DNA of 64,000 bases from a virus (lineage: Duplodnaviria; Heunggongvirae; Uroviricota; Caudoviricetes). The notes under the pieces are model-generated. The model was not told the DNA's origin. It saw only the letters and a list, made by a program, of their open reading frames with translations, and did no database searches. Location of the stretch: the IMG/VR virus record IMGVR_UViG_3300045988_152430, one strand, 5' to 3'. Position 1 is the first letter of the stretch. The number at the start of each line of letters is the position of its first letter. The translations under genes and the position numbers were made by a program. Positions 41,525-51,706 of this stretch are shown here, in pieces.

Positions 41525-42934
41525 TTAACCTATTGCTACTGGTTTTAACAAACCAGCATCAAGTAGCTTGCGAGTTAACCACTGCTGGCCTTTACCCGTT
41601 AATTGGGGCGTCAGCCGTATCTGGTAGCCATTTTCATCATCCAGCACCACTTCTTTCACCGTGAAATACCCGGCGTTAATGTACTGCTGGCGCGGTACGT
41701 TTTTGCGCGCACCAAAAGCCATGAGAATGCCGTTCTGGCGCAACCATGAGAAAAGGGCGTTTTGCTTAAGTCCAACGACCTTTGCAAAGTTCCCGATCAG
41801 GATTCCATTAGCCGCTGATACCCGGTCGGCAAAATCGACTTTAGGGGCTGCGGCCACCAGCTGTTGATTTAGCTGGTGGGTTTTCTGTTCCAGTAGCTGC
41901 TTTTGTTCAGCCAGCTCGGCAGCCAGGCGCAGAGCTTCGGGAAGCGTCTGGGGGATTGCGACCGGTTGCTGTTCTTTTTGCCGGAAGTAGCTGTCTTCCA
42001 GTTTTTCAAAGAATGCCCACGCTTGCTCTGTGTCTACGATCTTAGACATGCGTGCCGCTCCGCGTTCGGTCCAGAGTATTAAGGATCTGGTCTTGGGGGA
42101 AATTTGCAACTCGCTAAAAGATAGTCGCAAACTTTTTATCTCATCTCCTTTGATTTTAAAGAAGTGTTTACCCTCTACAAATCGTTCTTCATTGCGATTG
42201 TAGTTCTGCTGAATACGAGTAGGTGTAGTGCCATACCCTCTAGCAAGAGTCTCGGTTGTCACGACGCGTACTCCCTGCCATTCCAGAACGGGAATTTCAT
42301 CAGGATGATTTTCAACATTTATAGGTTCCAATGCCTGAATCATGGTATGTAGCGAACGGCGGACCGCTTTTGACTCGCGCGCGGCAACTCGCAGGGCTTG
42401 TTTGTAGGTCATGGTTATGACAACCATAGGCGTACCGCCACCTGGCGGCACGGTTGCACTTTTTGTGTAACCGTCCTCACCTTCTAATTCGTCGAGTATT
42501 TTTTCGATGAATTTGTTGTTCCGAACCTCTGGTTCCCCACATAACTTACGCGCTTCATTGACCATCTTTAACAGTGTCTGGCTGTCGATTGTGTCTCCAG
42601 TGTTGGAGATAACATTCACAGCTGGTGATGGCGTAGCTGAAGCAACAGGTGCTGTTTTTTCAACATTTAAATTATTACCGGTCATTCTATGTGCCTCCTT
42701 TCTCATTTCTGCTGCCACTGTTGCGTAACGTAGACGTCCTTGTTCAATCAAATAATCCCTGATCTCGGCTATCAGTAGCCTGTTGATCACAGCCTTATCT
42801 GTTCGGGTATAAAAACGTCTGGTTATCATGAAATAGTTAGCAATTGCGCCGGGGATCTCCCGTGTCGGCATACAGGCAGTATGCAAGGCGATCGCTTCGG
42901 CTATTTCATTACGGGTGACGAGAGGTGTTTTCAT
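41525..42934 (-). CDS. ant1: Antirepressor Ant (Bro-N-like region plus KilA-C/Ant C-terminal domain)
   Basis: 469-aa ORF whose ATG overlaps the stop of the small upstream icd-like ORF (ATGA); C-terminal domain paralogous to KilA. Confidence 0.75.
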   Translation of the reverse strand: MKTPLVTRNEIAEAIALHTACMPTREIPGAIANYFMITRRFYTRTDKAVINRLLIAEIRDYLIEQGRLRYATVAAEMRKEAHRMTGNNLNVEKTAPVASATPSPAVNVISNTGDTIDSQTLLKMVNEARKLCGEPEVRNNKFIEKILDELEGEDGYTKSATVPPGGGTPMVVITMTYKQALRVAARESKAVRRSLHTMIQALEPINVENHPDEIPVLEWQGVRVVTTETLARGYGTTPTRIQQNYNRNEERFVEGKHFFKIKGDEIKSLRLSFSELQISPKTRSLILWTERGAARMSKIVDTEQAWAFFEKLEDSYFRQKEQQPVAIPQTLPEALRLAAELAEQKQLLEQKTHQLNQQLVAAAPKVDFADRVSAANGILIGNFAKVVGLKQNALFSWLRQNGILMAFGARKNVPRQQYINAGYFTVKEVVLDDENGYQIRLTPQLTGKGQQWLTRKLLDAGLLKPVAIG

Positions 42935-43152
42935 AAACCCCCCTGAACGTCGGCAGAGAAGGGGAGGCTCCAGTAACTAAGTGAATTGCGCGAGTTAGTT
43001 GAAAAACGGGCAGTAAAAATGCAGGGGCCATCAGGCAATTGAGAGCGTGCTTCGTCTTCTGTTGCTGCGATAACGAAGTGATAGTGGTGTTTTTGGCAGG
43101 AGTAAAAGCGCCAGATAAATTCAGGATGAGTAGGGGTAGGGATAGTAGCCAC
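42931..43152 (-). CDS. icd: Icd-like small protein (73 aa) translationally coupled to ant
   Basis: 73-codon ORF ending in ATGA overlap with ant, as recalled for P1 icd. Confidence 0.55.
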   Translation of the reverse strand: MATIPTPTHPEFIWRFYSCQKHHYHFVIAATEDEARSQLPDGPCIFTARFSTNSRNSLSYWSLPFSADVQGGL

Positions 43153-43184
43153 AATGGCAGCCTCCTTTTGCTAATTTAAGGAGC

Positions 43185-43300
43185 TACCGCGTGAGGTTCC
43201 AATCTCAATGGCGGTAGCACTGACTGGGTTGGAACTACCGGCGCAAAAGGGAACCGGCCTGCCTTTCGGCAGCCCAGCCAGCACTACCATTGATCTCGGA
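43185..43300 (-). ncRNA. c4: Probable c4-type antisense repressor RNA region (approximate)
   Basis: ORF-free leader between the upstream operator and icd with several perfect stems (gctaccgc..gcggtagc, cggtag..ctaccg, ctgcc-tttc-ggcag); placement from P1 immI organisation; exact ends not determined. Confidence 0.3.
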
Positions 43301-43486
43301 GCTATGTGCTACGTATGGTTGTGCGATGGCATGACACAAAAAAAGACGCTTTTGGCGTCTATGTCGCCTTTTGCATTATCCGGGGTTCCAATCCCGGCAT
43401 CCGTTTTACTAAGATGCCTGTTTAGGATAAACCGAAAATGCATTAGCACGCAAGCAAGTTAATGTAGCATATGAAGCTAAAAAAAT

Positions 43487-43503
43487 AAAATAATTAGAGC
43501 AAC
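43487..43503 (-). promoter_or_regulatory. Weak C1-repressor-type operator upstream of the c4-icd-ant unit
   Basis: 14/17 match (GTTGCTCTAATTATTTT on minus strand). Confidence 0.4.
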
Positions 43504-43571
43504 TTGCAACCATGTAAATTATTTCTCTGGTAACTAAAATGTATGAGTTTAATTGATATGGGTCAAAGATT

Positions 43572-43600
43572 TTGACCATTGCATGGTGAAACTTTATGCT
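43572..43600 (+). promoter_or_regulatory. Sigma70-like promoter of the AT-rich cassette (TTGACC-17-TATGCT)
   Basis: Consensus -35, 17-bp spacer and 4/6 -10, about 50 nt upstream of the 43650 start. Confidence 0.5.
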
Positions 43601-43649
43601 ACAAAATGTTATTTTAAGGCGTTTTATCTGTGGCAGGAGATAGTTAATC

Positions 43650-44000
43650 ATGTCATCTGAACATGTTCGTAAAGGTGTAACAAATGCGAAATTCAATGAA
43701 GAGCAATCTAATATTCTCTTTATTGAAATAGGAATTCTGTCAATACTGATAGGTTTAATGTCTAAATCATGGTGGGCCTTTGGCGGTTCTTTTCTTGGAC
43801 TGATTTTTAGTTTAAGAATAAAATTTCTAGCAATACCATTGATGATTGTATTTAGCTTAGTATGGGGAGCTATTGGCTATAGTATTGGTACTTTGTTTGA
43901 ATCAACAGCAGCAAGTATTGTTTTGGGGGTAATTGCTTTCCTGAGTGGTTTGGGTACTCATTTTGCTGCCGTGCAATGGGCAAATGATATTGCAGAATAA
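43650..44000 (+). CDS. Small integral membrane protein (116 aa, three predicted TM helices)
   Basis: AT-rich ORF; hydrophobic segments ILFIEIGILSILIGLM, LGLIFSLRIKFLAIPLMIVFSLVWGAIGYSIG, ASIVLGVIAFLSGL. Confidence 0.55.
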   Translation: MSSEHVRKGVTNAKFNEEQSNILFIEIGILSILIGLMSKSWWAFGGSFLGLIFSLRIKFLAIPLMIVFSLVWGAIGYSIGTLFESTAASIVLGVIAFLSGLGTHFAAVQWANDIAE

Positions 44001-44022
44001 TTACAGATAAGAAGCGAAAAGA

Positions 44023-44499
44023 ATGAATATGAGATGGTTTTTATTATTTGTATCGTTAGTTTCAGCAGGAACATTTGCAAAAATTGATCCTCTACAATGG
44101 AATGTAATTGAAGAGAGAGGGGGGAGAGAATATACAATCCATAATCATAATGGTGATAAGATAAGTTTTTTATGTGATATGGGATTCATGTATGGTTCAC
44201 CAGATAGTGCAGGTAGTTTAGGCTTGTTGCTAAGTTCGTCGAATAATAAAAAAGAGTATAATGCTGACAAGAATAAAATAGTATTAACTATAGATGGTGA
44301 TCAATATCCTTTTAGCAATCTTGGATCAATGGTTGGAGATTCTTGGTGGTATGCCTTTTGGCAAGATGCAGCAGATTCAAATGCTAATATGATTGATGCT
44401 TATGTTGATAATGAAAAAATTGCTACATTCCCTCTTTCTGGGCTAAGTAAGTTGTATCAACAAGCCAAAATGGATGGATGTATTAAACGAGGCAAATGA
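44023..44499 (+). CDS. Secreted/periplasmic protein (158 aa) with cleavable signal peptide
   Basis: MNMRWFLLFVSLVSAGTFA then a polar mature domain with Trp cluster (DSWWYAFWQD); AT-rich. Confidence 0.6.
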   Translation: MNMRWFLLFVSLVSAGTFAKIDPLQWNVIEERGGREYTIHNHNGDKISFLCDMGFMYGSPDSAGSLGLLLSSSNNKKEYNADKNKIVLTIDGDQYPFSNLGSMVGDSWWYAFWQDAADSNANMIDAYVDNEKIATFPLSGLSKLYQQAKMDGCIKRGK

Positions 44500-44573
44500 T
44501 CTTTCTGTGTTAAAGATTAACGCAATCAATAAAACATTGGTTGCGTAATATTCTATTATAGAAATGGAATAAT

Positions 44574-45608
44574 ATGACAAAAATTACTAATTCTAATGAG
44601 TTGAAGTTGCTGTATAAACAGTCAGTGCTCATTCCATCATACAAAGATCACGTAGCGATCTTGCAAAAACAATTAGGAATAGAAAAACATTCTTTTCAAA
44701 ATATGCCAAGATTGAATAGACAAGCTGTAATTAGTAACTCTCTTCGAAAACAATTGGCTAGTATACCGAACTTGGCTGGAATAGGCAGCAAGTATCGTGA
44801 ACATATCGCGATTTTACAGAAACAGACTCAGGCTCTTTTCCCTCATGATGCAAATAGATATATTCAAATGCTAAGGAAACAGGCCGAAATAGCTATGCCA
44901 TTACGAAAACAGCTTGAGGTGCTTAATAAGCAAGCTGGTTTAAATAACATGCAAGCGATACTTAAAGAATTACAACAAAGTGCAAGTTATAAAATAGATG
45001 TAAGCCAAGACATAAAGAAAGTACTAGATCACTATGCTAGAACAAGAAATGCTTCATTACATCAAATAATAGAGCAGGGGATTTCATCTATTGCGCAGGC
45101 TTATGCTGAAGGTGCTACTGAAACATCACACACCAAAAGTAATGTTCAAAATAAAGGATTAAATAAACCTAGCTCAAAGTTTGTTGATTCATTTAAAGAG
45201 CTTCCTTATCCACTGCAATGGTTACTAATGGTTATATTTTCTCAAGTTGTGTTTGGTGCTTTTATTGATTACGGAAAAGAGAAAACCTTGCTGGGAATAC
45301 ACAAGGCAGAATCATATTTTATATCTCTGTTTGAGGATAAACCAATATCAAAACAACAATTAATTAAAGAAAACAAAGAAATTAGTTGGGAAGATCTCAA
45401 TGGTTTTCGTTTTATAACTGGTGAGAACGTAAGATTACACGTCAGTCCTTCTATAAATAGTGAGGTGATTGAATGCATTGGCAAAAATACTATAGTGGCT
45501 GTTTTAGATAAAAAAGATCGCCAATGGCTTTTCGTGCAGGTTAAATCAGGGGACGAGTTTATTACTGGATGGATTACACGAACATACACAAAGCCTCTTA
45601 AGGCTTGA
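44574..45608 (+). CDS. Repeat-containing membrane-anchored protein with C-terminal SH3b-like domain (344 aa)
   Basis: N-terminal degenerate tandem repeats (HVAILQKQLG / HIAILQKQTQ / YIQMLRKQAE / PLRKQLEVLNKQ), one TM helix (LQWLLMVIFSQVVFGAFIDYG), C-terminal RFITGENVRLHVSPS...GWITRTYTKP resembling bacterial SH3. Confidence 0.6.
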   Translation: MTKITNSNELKLLYKQSVLIPSYKDHVAILQKQLGIEKHSFQNMPRLNRQAVISNSLRKQLASIPNLAGIGSKYREHIAILQKQTQALFPHDANRYIQMLRKQAEIAMPLRKQLEVLNKQAGLNNMQAILKELQQSASYKIDVSQDIKKVLDHYARTRNASLHQIIEQGISSIAQAYAEGATETSHTKSNVQNKGLNKPSSKFVDSFKELPYPLQWLLMVIFSQVVFGAFIDYGKEKTLLGIHKAESYFISLFEDKPISKQQLIKENKEISWEDLNGFRFITGENVRLHVSPSINSEVIECIGKNTIVAVLDKKDRQWLFVQVKSGDEFITGWITRTYTKPLKA

Positions 45609-45709
45609 ATTTTATCACCGTATCTTGGGGCTGGGTGTTGATGACGATGTGCTACTTGAAGTACTTGGGTTTTTTAACGCAGCATCTGAAATGTGTAGAC
45701 TGACCGGTA

Positions 45710-45730
45710 ACAAATGACAACTCGTAGAAT
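45710..45730 (+). promoter_or_regulatory. Late-promoter-type element (ACAAATGACA-N5-TAGAAT)
   Basis: Motif and spacing as in the other late operons; followed by an 11-bp inverted repeat (ctcgtagaatc / gattctacgag) and the 45762 start. Confidence 0.55.
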
Positions 45731-45737
45731 CGGGTAA

Positions 45738-46328
<591 letters not shown>

Positions 46329-46338
46329 GGGGGCTGAT

Positions 46339-46950
46339 ATGGGGCTTAATGTTGCTTCAGTAAAGTCTTATGTATCTTCGGCATTAACGACGACATTATT
46401 TGGCTCCGGCGTTGGTGAGCGGGAAGTTGGTAAGCTGACGTCAATCATCATGAACAAAATGCTGTTCGCGCAAGGATGGCAGTTCTCTGTCGAAGTTGAT
46501 GGTCTGGAGGGGGCAGACTTCTTTGCTAAAGACATTACCTACCACGATTACAGCATCGAATATGAAACGATTAAAATCGGCGGAGGGAATATCCTTCAGC
46601 CAACGGAGCGTTCGCCTGGGCAGATAACAATGATGGTCAGGGATACCGTTGATGGCCTCGTTTTGGACTGGTTTAAGACGGCAAAAAGTCGGGTGATCAA
46701 TCCGGACGGTACCGGGAATATACCGTCTAAATATTTGCTCAATGTGCGTATTTATCGGTTGCTGTCCTCCGGTTTAACCAAACTGGAAAATGAGATGACG
46801 GTATTCCCGGTCACTACCGGCGATGTCACCTATGCGCGGGATCAGGTTACGGAATTTAAGTCATTCCCAATGACCTTCGCATTGCACAGCACGTTTAACC
46901 AATCCTCAAGTTCTTTAGCTTCCCTTCTGGGCTTTAGTTTTTCGCTTTAA
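46339..46950 (+). CDS. Late-operon structural protein (203 aa)
   Basis: ORF in track with SD. Confidence 0.55.
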   Translation: MGLNVASVKSYVSSALTTTLFGSGVGEREVGKLTSIIMNKMLFAQGWQFSVEVDGLEGADFFAKDITYHDYSIEYETIKIGGGNILQPTERSPGQITMMVRDTVDGLVLDWFKTAKSRVINPDGTGNIPSKYLLNVRIYRLLSSGLTKLENEMTVFPVTTGDVTYARDQVTEFKSFPMTFALHSTFNQSSSSLASLLGFSFSL

Positions 46951-46964
46951 ATTAAGGAGCAAGG

Positions 46965-47846
46965 ATGCTTTTACCTCTTTTCCCGCTACCATCGCGGCCA
47001 ACTGAATTGATCCAGTTCCGTCAGCCAAATATTGCTGATGCGATGCGTTTCAACTCGATAACACCGGAGGAACAAGAACAACAGACAACGGCGTATTTAA
47101 AAGCCTTGCTGGCTGAACCCGCGAAATATGATCCCCTGACATGGACGGCGCAGGACCGGATTACCGCGTTATGGTGGATATTTACTGGCTCCCGCGAAAC
47201 ACCGATCGAGACATTTACCTACACCTGTAAACATTGCGGTAAAGAGCATTATTACGATTGCGATATGAATGCTCTGGCTGAAGATATCCAGGTCCTGGAA
47301 GTGGAACCGTTCATTGACGATATTGAGGTGTCTGTAGAGGGCGTGCCTTATCAATGGCGTATCGTGCCGCTTGATGGTTGGGCAATGGAAATGCTGGAGA
47401 TGCGCCGAGCAGCATTGCCACCTGAAGACGACGCGGAATTCAAAGAAGCGATCGTTGATTTGCGTTTTTGGGAATTCGCTTATCAGTGTGAACTTTATAA
47501 CGATGTTAGCGGTACTCGTGAAGAGCAGGCTGAGCGTCGTTATGAAACGATCAAACGGATGGCCATTGATACTGAATTTATGAAGCTGGCGGCACACATC
47601 CGGCTGGCTCATGAAAAGCTCGAACATGGTTTACCGTGCTACATCGATAAAGGCGAAATGCGTCTTCGTCTCCCGCCGCACAAATGCCCAAACCAGGATA
47701 CAAAGGAGTCCACAGAGGGTGCGTATACCCGTCTGTGGGTGCCCTTTCGGGCTACTGACTTCATTCCACAGGTGGGGATTGAAAAGCTATCAGACCTTAG
47801 TGTCCAACCTGGTTTTGTATGGGGGTATACCGATTCAGGACGCTGA
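46965..47846 (+). CDS. Late-operon protein (293 aa) with Cys/His cluster
   Basis: ORF in track; YTCKHCGKEHYYDCDMN suggests a metal-binding site. Confidence 0.55.
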   Translation: MLLPLFPLPSRPTELIQFRQPNIADAMRFNSITPEEQEQQTTAYLKALLAEPAKYDPLTWTAQDRITALWWIFTGSRETPIETFTYTCKHCGKEHYYDCDMNALAEDIQVLEVEPFIDDIEVSVEGVPYQWRIVPLDGWAMEMLEMRRAALPPEDDAEFKEAIVDLRFWEFAYQCELYNDVSGTREEQAERRYETIKRMAIDTEFMKLAAHIRLAHEKLEHGLPCYIDKGEMRLRLPPHKCPNQDTKESTEGAYTRLWVPFRATDFIPQVGIEKLSDLSVQPGFVWGYTDSGR

Positions 47847-47927
47847 AAGGCTTACTGAATCCTATGCGTTTTTCCTGTTGGAGAAACTGGAAGAAAAACT
47901 TAAACCGAAACGGTAGGCGATAAGATC

Positions 47928-50900
47928 ATGGAAAGAAAAAACGCCAATATTGACGATGTTATAAGGACAGTTGAAACCGCCAGCGCGAAAGAGCTGGAAG
48001 AGCTTGCAGGTATTCGGGAAGCTGTTGAAGATTTGAAAGGGGAACGAGTTGCAACTGTTGATCCTGTCTCTCGCAGTGTGTCGGCATTAAATCGAACAAT
48101 CGAAAATTCCCGGCCAGACTTTGTGGCCAATGCGCCATCAGTAGACCCTATTGTTGACGCAATGAAACGGCTTAATTTAGGGGACGTTTCTCGTGTAGTT
48201 CAGGAGGGCATTGCTCAAGAGGAACAGCAGGCCAAATCAACTACACCAAAGGGTAAAAAAAGACGCAGGAAGGCTATATCAGAGGATATAAAGGCACAAC
48301 GGACCGAAGCAGCCGAACACGCTCGCGAAATGTTCGATCAAAAAGGCGGTGCGCAAAAAAGCCAAAACCAACGCGATGCGCGTGGTCGTTTTATTGGAAA
48401 GTCAGGGAGTAAGGCCGCAGCGGAAGATGCCCGTGCTGAACGTGCTGAAAAGGCCAGGCGCAAAGAGGATGATGAGCGTCTAAATGCTGAATCAGGTTTA
48501 TTAAAAAAACTGTCAAAAGTAGCTGAAGGCATAGGTAACCCTTCAGAGACTCGTGCCGTCGATGCGTTAGGTTATGCCGTTGCTGGTCCATTGTGGGCAG
48601 CAGGGAAGGAGCTTGGCGGGATATCAAAAGAAGTTGGTGGATCGCTTAATGGTGCCAGAAAGTCTATTGCCGATGTGATTCGTGGCAATGACGATAACAG
48701 CCGTAGAAAAGGTTTTTTTAGGCGTAAATCGCAAAATAGTGCCGATGTCGTTCAGGTTAACACCCAAAAACGGACGGTTCAGGAACTTCAGGAGCAGACC
48801 AGCGAAATTAAAGAGGGCAATGACAAGATTCTCAGCGCCCTTGATCAGATAGCCAAAAACACCGGGAAAAAGAAGGGCGGCTTGCTGTCCAAACTATTTA
48901 GCCTGTTAGGGAAGGGGGCCGGTGGCGTCGCGTCGTTGTTAATGGGGCGTGGCATGCTGAAAAAAGCTGGAGCACTCGCTTTTGGCGCTCTGGGGGCAAA
49001 GAAACTTGTAGGAATGCTACGCGGTGGTGGCAAGAAGACTATCGCCCATGAAGGTGGAGATTTGGCTGCCCGGGCAGCAGGTAAATTTGGATTAAAGGCA
49101 GTTGGTAAAGGGGCGTTACGCGCAATTCCCTTAGTCGGCACAGTGGCTGGAGGTATTTATGATGCGGTAACCGGTTGGAATGATACAGAAGCGCAACGTC
49201 GAGCGTTTGGGCTTAAATCAGGACAAGAGCCATCATTCCAGCAAAAAGCCGCTTATACGTTAGCCAATGTTCTTGATATGGGGGGACTGGTATCTGGTAT
49301 TAGCAGCGCCATTGGTGAGGTTCTCAAATCACTTGGATTTGAGGATATCGGCAATATGTTGCAATCATTTTCGACGGAAAGTATTGCCCAGGCCATTGAT
49401 AGTGGGATTACCAACTTAGAAACATATATTTCTAACCTTGGCGACACCATTTCTACCAAGTTCGAAGATTACACAGCAAAGATTGGTGATGCTGTTTCAG
49501 CATGGTTTAGCGATACATCTAATAAGCTGCTTGAAAAGCTGGATGCCATCAAAGACTTCTTTACTGTTGATAACCTGAAACAGGTTTTCAGTGATGCAAT
49601 TGATAGTGCAATTGATTTCATTAAGAACCCAGGGAAACACATTAAAGAGGCGGCTGGTAATATTTGGGATGGGGTTAAAAATTTACCCGGTAAAGCATTA
49701 GATGCAGCGGTTGATGCCGTTAAAAATACCCCTGCGGCAATGATTGTATCAAAAATACCCAATCCGATCGGCGAGGCTAATGCAAAAGAAATCACTCCAG
49801 AGTTAAAAGCTCCGGTTAATAGCCACCAGGAGACATCTGATTCTAAAACTGAATCCGATGCTAAACAGACTAATATTGCTACCCGCGTGATAAATGCGGC
49901 ACTGGACACGGCGAAAGATAGCAATAAAACAGTTAAAGAAACTGCCAATCAGATTATCAATGCAAATGCCGTAGAAATGGGCAATAGCGCGGTGCGGAAA
50001 ATTGATTCAGCTATTGGACAAAATAGCTCGTCATCATCGTCGCGTAATACCACCGGCACTGGGAATGACATTCAGAAAGCTGCTGATACCTACAATAATG
50101 GCAACTTAGATGTAAAAGTCGGAAGCCTTGGCGCTGAAGGTAAGGCAAATCTCGATAAGTTAGCTCCGTATTTTGCTGAACTAGAGAATAAATATGGTCT
50201 TCCTGAAGGCACTCTTTACGCGATTGCTGCAACTGAATCAGGAGGGGATCCTAACGCAAAGTCTCCGCTTACAAGATCACCAGATGGAAAGTTAAGTGGT
50301 GGCGCACTCGGGATGTTCCAGTTCACGAGTATTGCTCGTAAAGAGACAGGGATATCGGAACCGGATGCATTTGATCCTGTGAAATCGGCAGAAGCTGCGG
50401 CTCTTCTCATGAGCAAGTATCTGAAGCAAGCCAATGGAGACTTAAACGAGGCCATCACTGCATATAACGCTGGGTTTGGCACTATTAATAGGTGGAAAAA
50501 AGGCACAGGTGACTTATCGAAAGAAAACCGTGAGTACGCGATCAAGGTCAATACTCATCGTGCTCGCTATTTAGGTGGTGAAATCTATACACCTGGGGCA
50601 GGAGCACAGGGTGGGGCGCAATATGGAGTGAGGGGACCACTGCCTGATAACGCTGTTATCGATCAGTCTACTGGCCTGGCGTTTACCCCTGGTGATAGCC
50701 CGTTTGAGAAAGGCGGTCTGGTAGACAAAATTGGCAATGCTGTTGGCGTTAACGATCTGGTCAACAAATTCATGAATGGCCGGGGTATGCGTCGGGAAGT
50801 CGTTCAGGGAACGCTCGAAGAACGTGCACGAGGGAAGGGGACCGCAACAGCAGCTGGCAATGTGTATGTTGATACCCCGATGCCAGTTGAAGAGGCGCGT

Positions 50901-51350
50901 CCGGTGGCCAACAACTCAAGTTACTTTGACCAGCTCGGCGCACAAATGGGGATTGATGGACTATTCGATAAACTCCGCAACTCGCCGGGGATGCGGAAAA
51001 ATAATGCGCCTGAACCAGCCTCCACGTCCCAGGTGACGACTGCCGCCAACGATTTGCAGCAACCAACCGGTCGTATGCAGATAGACGGACAGGTTATTAG
51101 TGACCTTGGCGGCTCCGGTGCCAAGCCGACAATGCAGTTGGCTGATAATACCGTTTCACTTGATGGTGAAACGAAGCGGCTGTTTGCGCAGATGACCTCA
51201 TTGCTTGCCAGGATTGAAGAGCACACCAAAGACTCGGCGAAAGGCCAGGGAACTGTCGTAAAGGTCAGCACGCCTCAGCCGGGCGTTATGCGCACGGTAC
51301 CACTGTCAATTGATGATCCGTTGATGAATGACTACGCGAGAGTTGATTGA
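47928..51350 (+). CDS. sit: Tail internal/tape-measure-like protein with lytic transglycosylase (SLT) domain (P1 Sit type)
   Basis: 1140 aa; Gly/Ala/Lys-rich repeats; SLT motif AIAATESGGDPNA...GALGMFQF...AITAYNAGFG; length matches recalled P1 Sit. Confidence 0.85.
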   Translation: MERKNANIDDVIRTVETASAKELEELAGIREAVEDLKGERVATVDPVSRSVSALNRTIENSRPDFVANAPSVDPIVDAMKRLNLGDVSRVVQEGIAQEEQQAKSTTPKGKKRRRKAISEDIKAQRTEAAEHAREMFDQKGGAQKSQNQRDARGRFIGKSGSKAAAEDARAERAEKARRKEDDERLNAESGLLKKLSKVAEGIGNPSETRAVDALGYAVAGPLWAAGKELGGISKEVGGSLNGARKSIADVIRGNDDNSRRKGFFRRKSQNSADVVQVNTQKRTVQELQEQTSEIKEGNDKILSALDQIAKNTGKKKGGLLSKLFSLLGKGAGGVASLLMGRGMLKKAGALAFGALGAKKLVGMLRGGGKKTIAHEGGDLAARAAGKFGLKAVGKGALRAIPLVGTVAGGIYDAVTGWNDTEAQRRAFGLKSGQEPSFQQKAAYTLANVLDMGGLVSGISSAIGEVLKSLGFEDIGNMLQSFSTESIAQAIDSGITNLETYISNLGDTISTKFEDYTAKIGDAVSAWFSDTSNKLLEKLDAIKDFFTVDNLKQVFSDAIDSAIDFIKNPGKHIKEAAGNIWDGVKNLPGKALDAAVDAVKNTPAAMIVSKIPNPIGEANAKEITPELKAPVNSHQETSDSKTESDAKQTNIATRVINAALDTAKDSNKTVKETANQIINANAVEMGNSAVRKIDSAIGQNSSSSSSRNTTGTGNDIQKAADTYNNGNLDVKVGSLGAEGKANLDKLAPYFAELENKYGLPEGTLYAIAATESGGDPNAKSPLTRSPDGKLSGGALGMFQFTSIARKETGISEPDAFDPVKSAEAAALLMSKYLKQANGDLNEAITAYNAGFGTINRWKKGTGDLSKENREYAIKVNTHRARYLGGEIYTPGAGAQGGAQYGVRGPLPDNAVIDQSTGLAFTPGDSPFEKGGLVDKIGNAVGVNDLVNKFMNGRGMRREVVQGTLEERARGKGTATAAGNVYVDTPMPVEEARPVANNSSYFDQLGAQMGIDGLFDKLRNSPGMRKNNAPEPASTSQVTTAANDLQQPTGRMQIDGQVISDLGGSGAKPTMQLADNTVSLDGETKRLFAQMTSLLARIEEHTKDSAKGQGTVVKVSTPQPGVMRTVPLSIDDPLMNDYARVD

Positions 51351-51706
51351 TGGCCAACAATAACGAAATTGATCCTTTGCTGACGCTGGAGTTATCCGGC
51401 GTAAAAACGTATGAGTCCCAGGAGGAGGCCTGGGGCGCTCGTTTATATGAGTGGCTAAACACTTATCAGGGTGAGGTATACGGGGATCCGTCATGGGGCA
51501 ATGTTTTACCGCAGTTTAAACACGAACCGACCAACTTGTCGCATGTTCAAATTGCGGTTGAGGCAATGCTGTTGCAAAAACTGACGGTAGATTTACCTGA
51601 CATACCGATTTCTGGCTTGTCAGTAGCCGAGGGAGATGCTTTTGATAAGTTGAAAATATCCATTCGTATCAGGGATATAACTATCACACAGGACGTGGTG
51701 CTATGA
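51347..51706 (+). CDS. Baseplate wedge protein candidate (gpW/gp25-like, 119 aa)
   Basis: Size and position before a J-like baseplate gene; overlapping stop/start. Confidence 0.45.
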   Translation: MMANNNEIDPLLTLELSGVKTYESQEEAWGARLYEWLNTYQGEVYGDPSWGNVLPQFKHEPTNLSHVQIAVEAMLLQKLTVDLPDIPISGLSVAEGDAFDKLKISIRIRDITITQDVVL

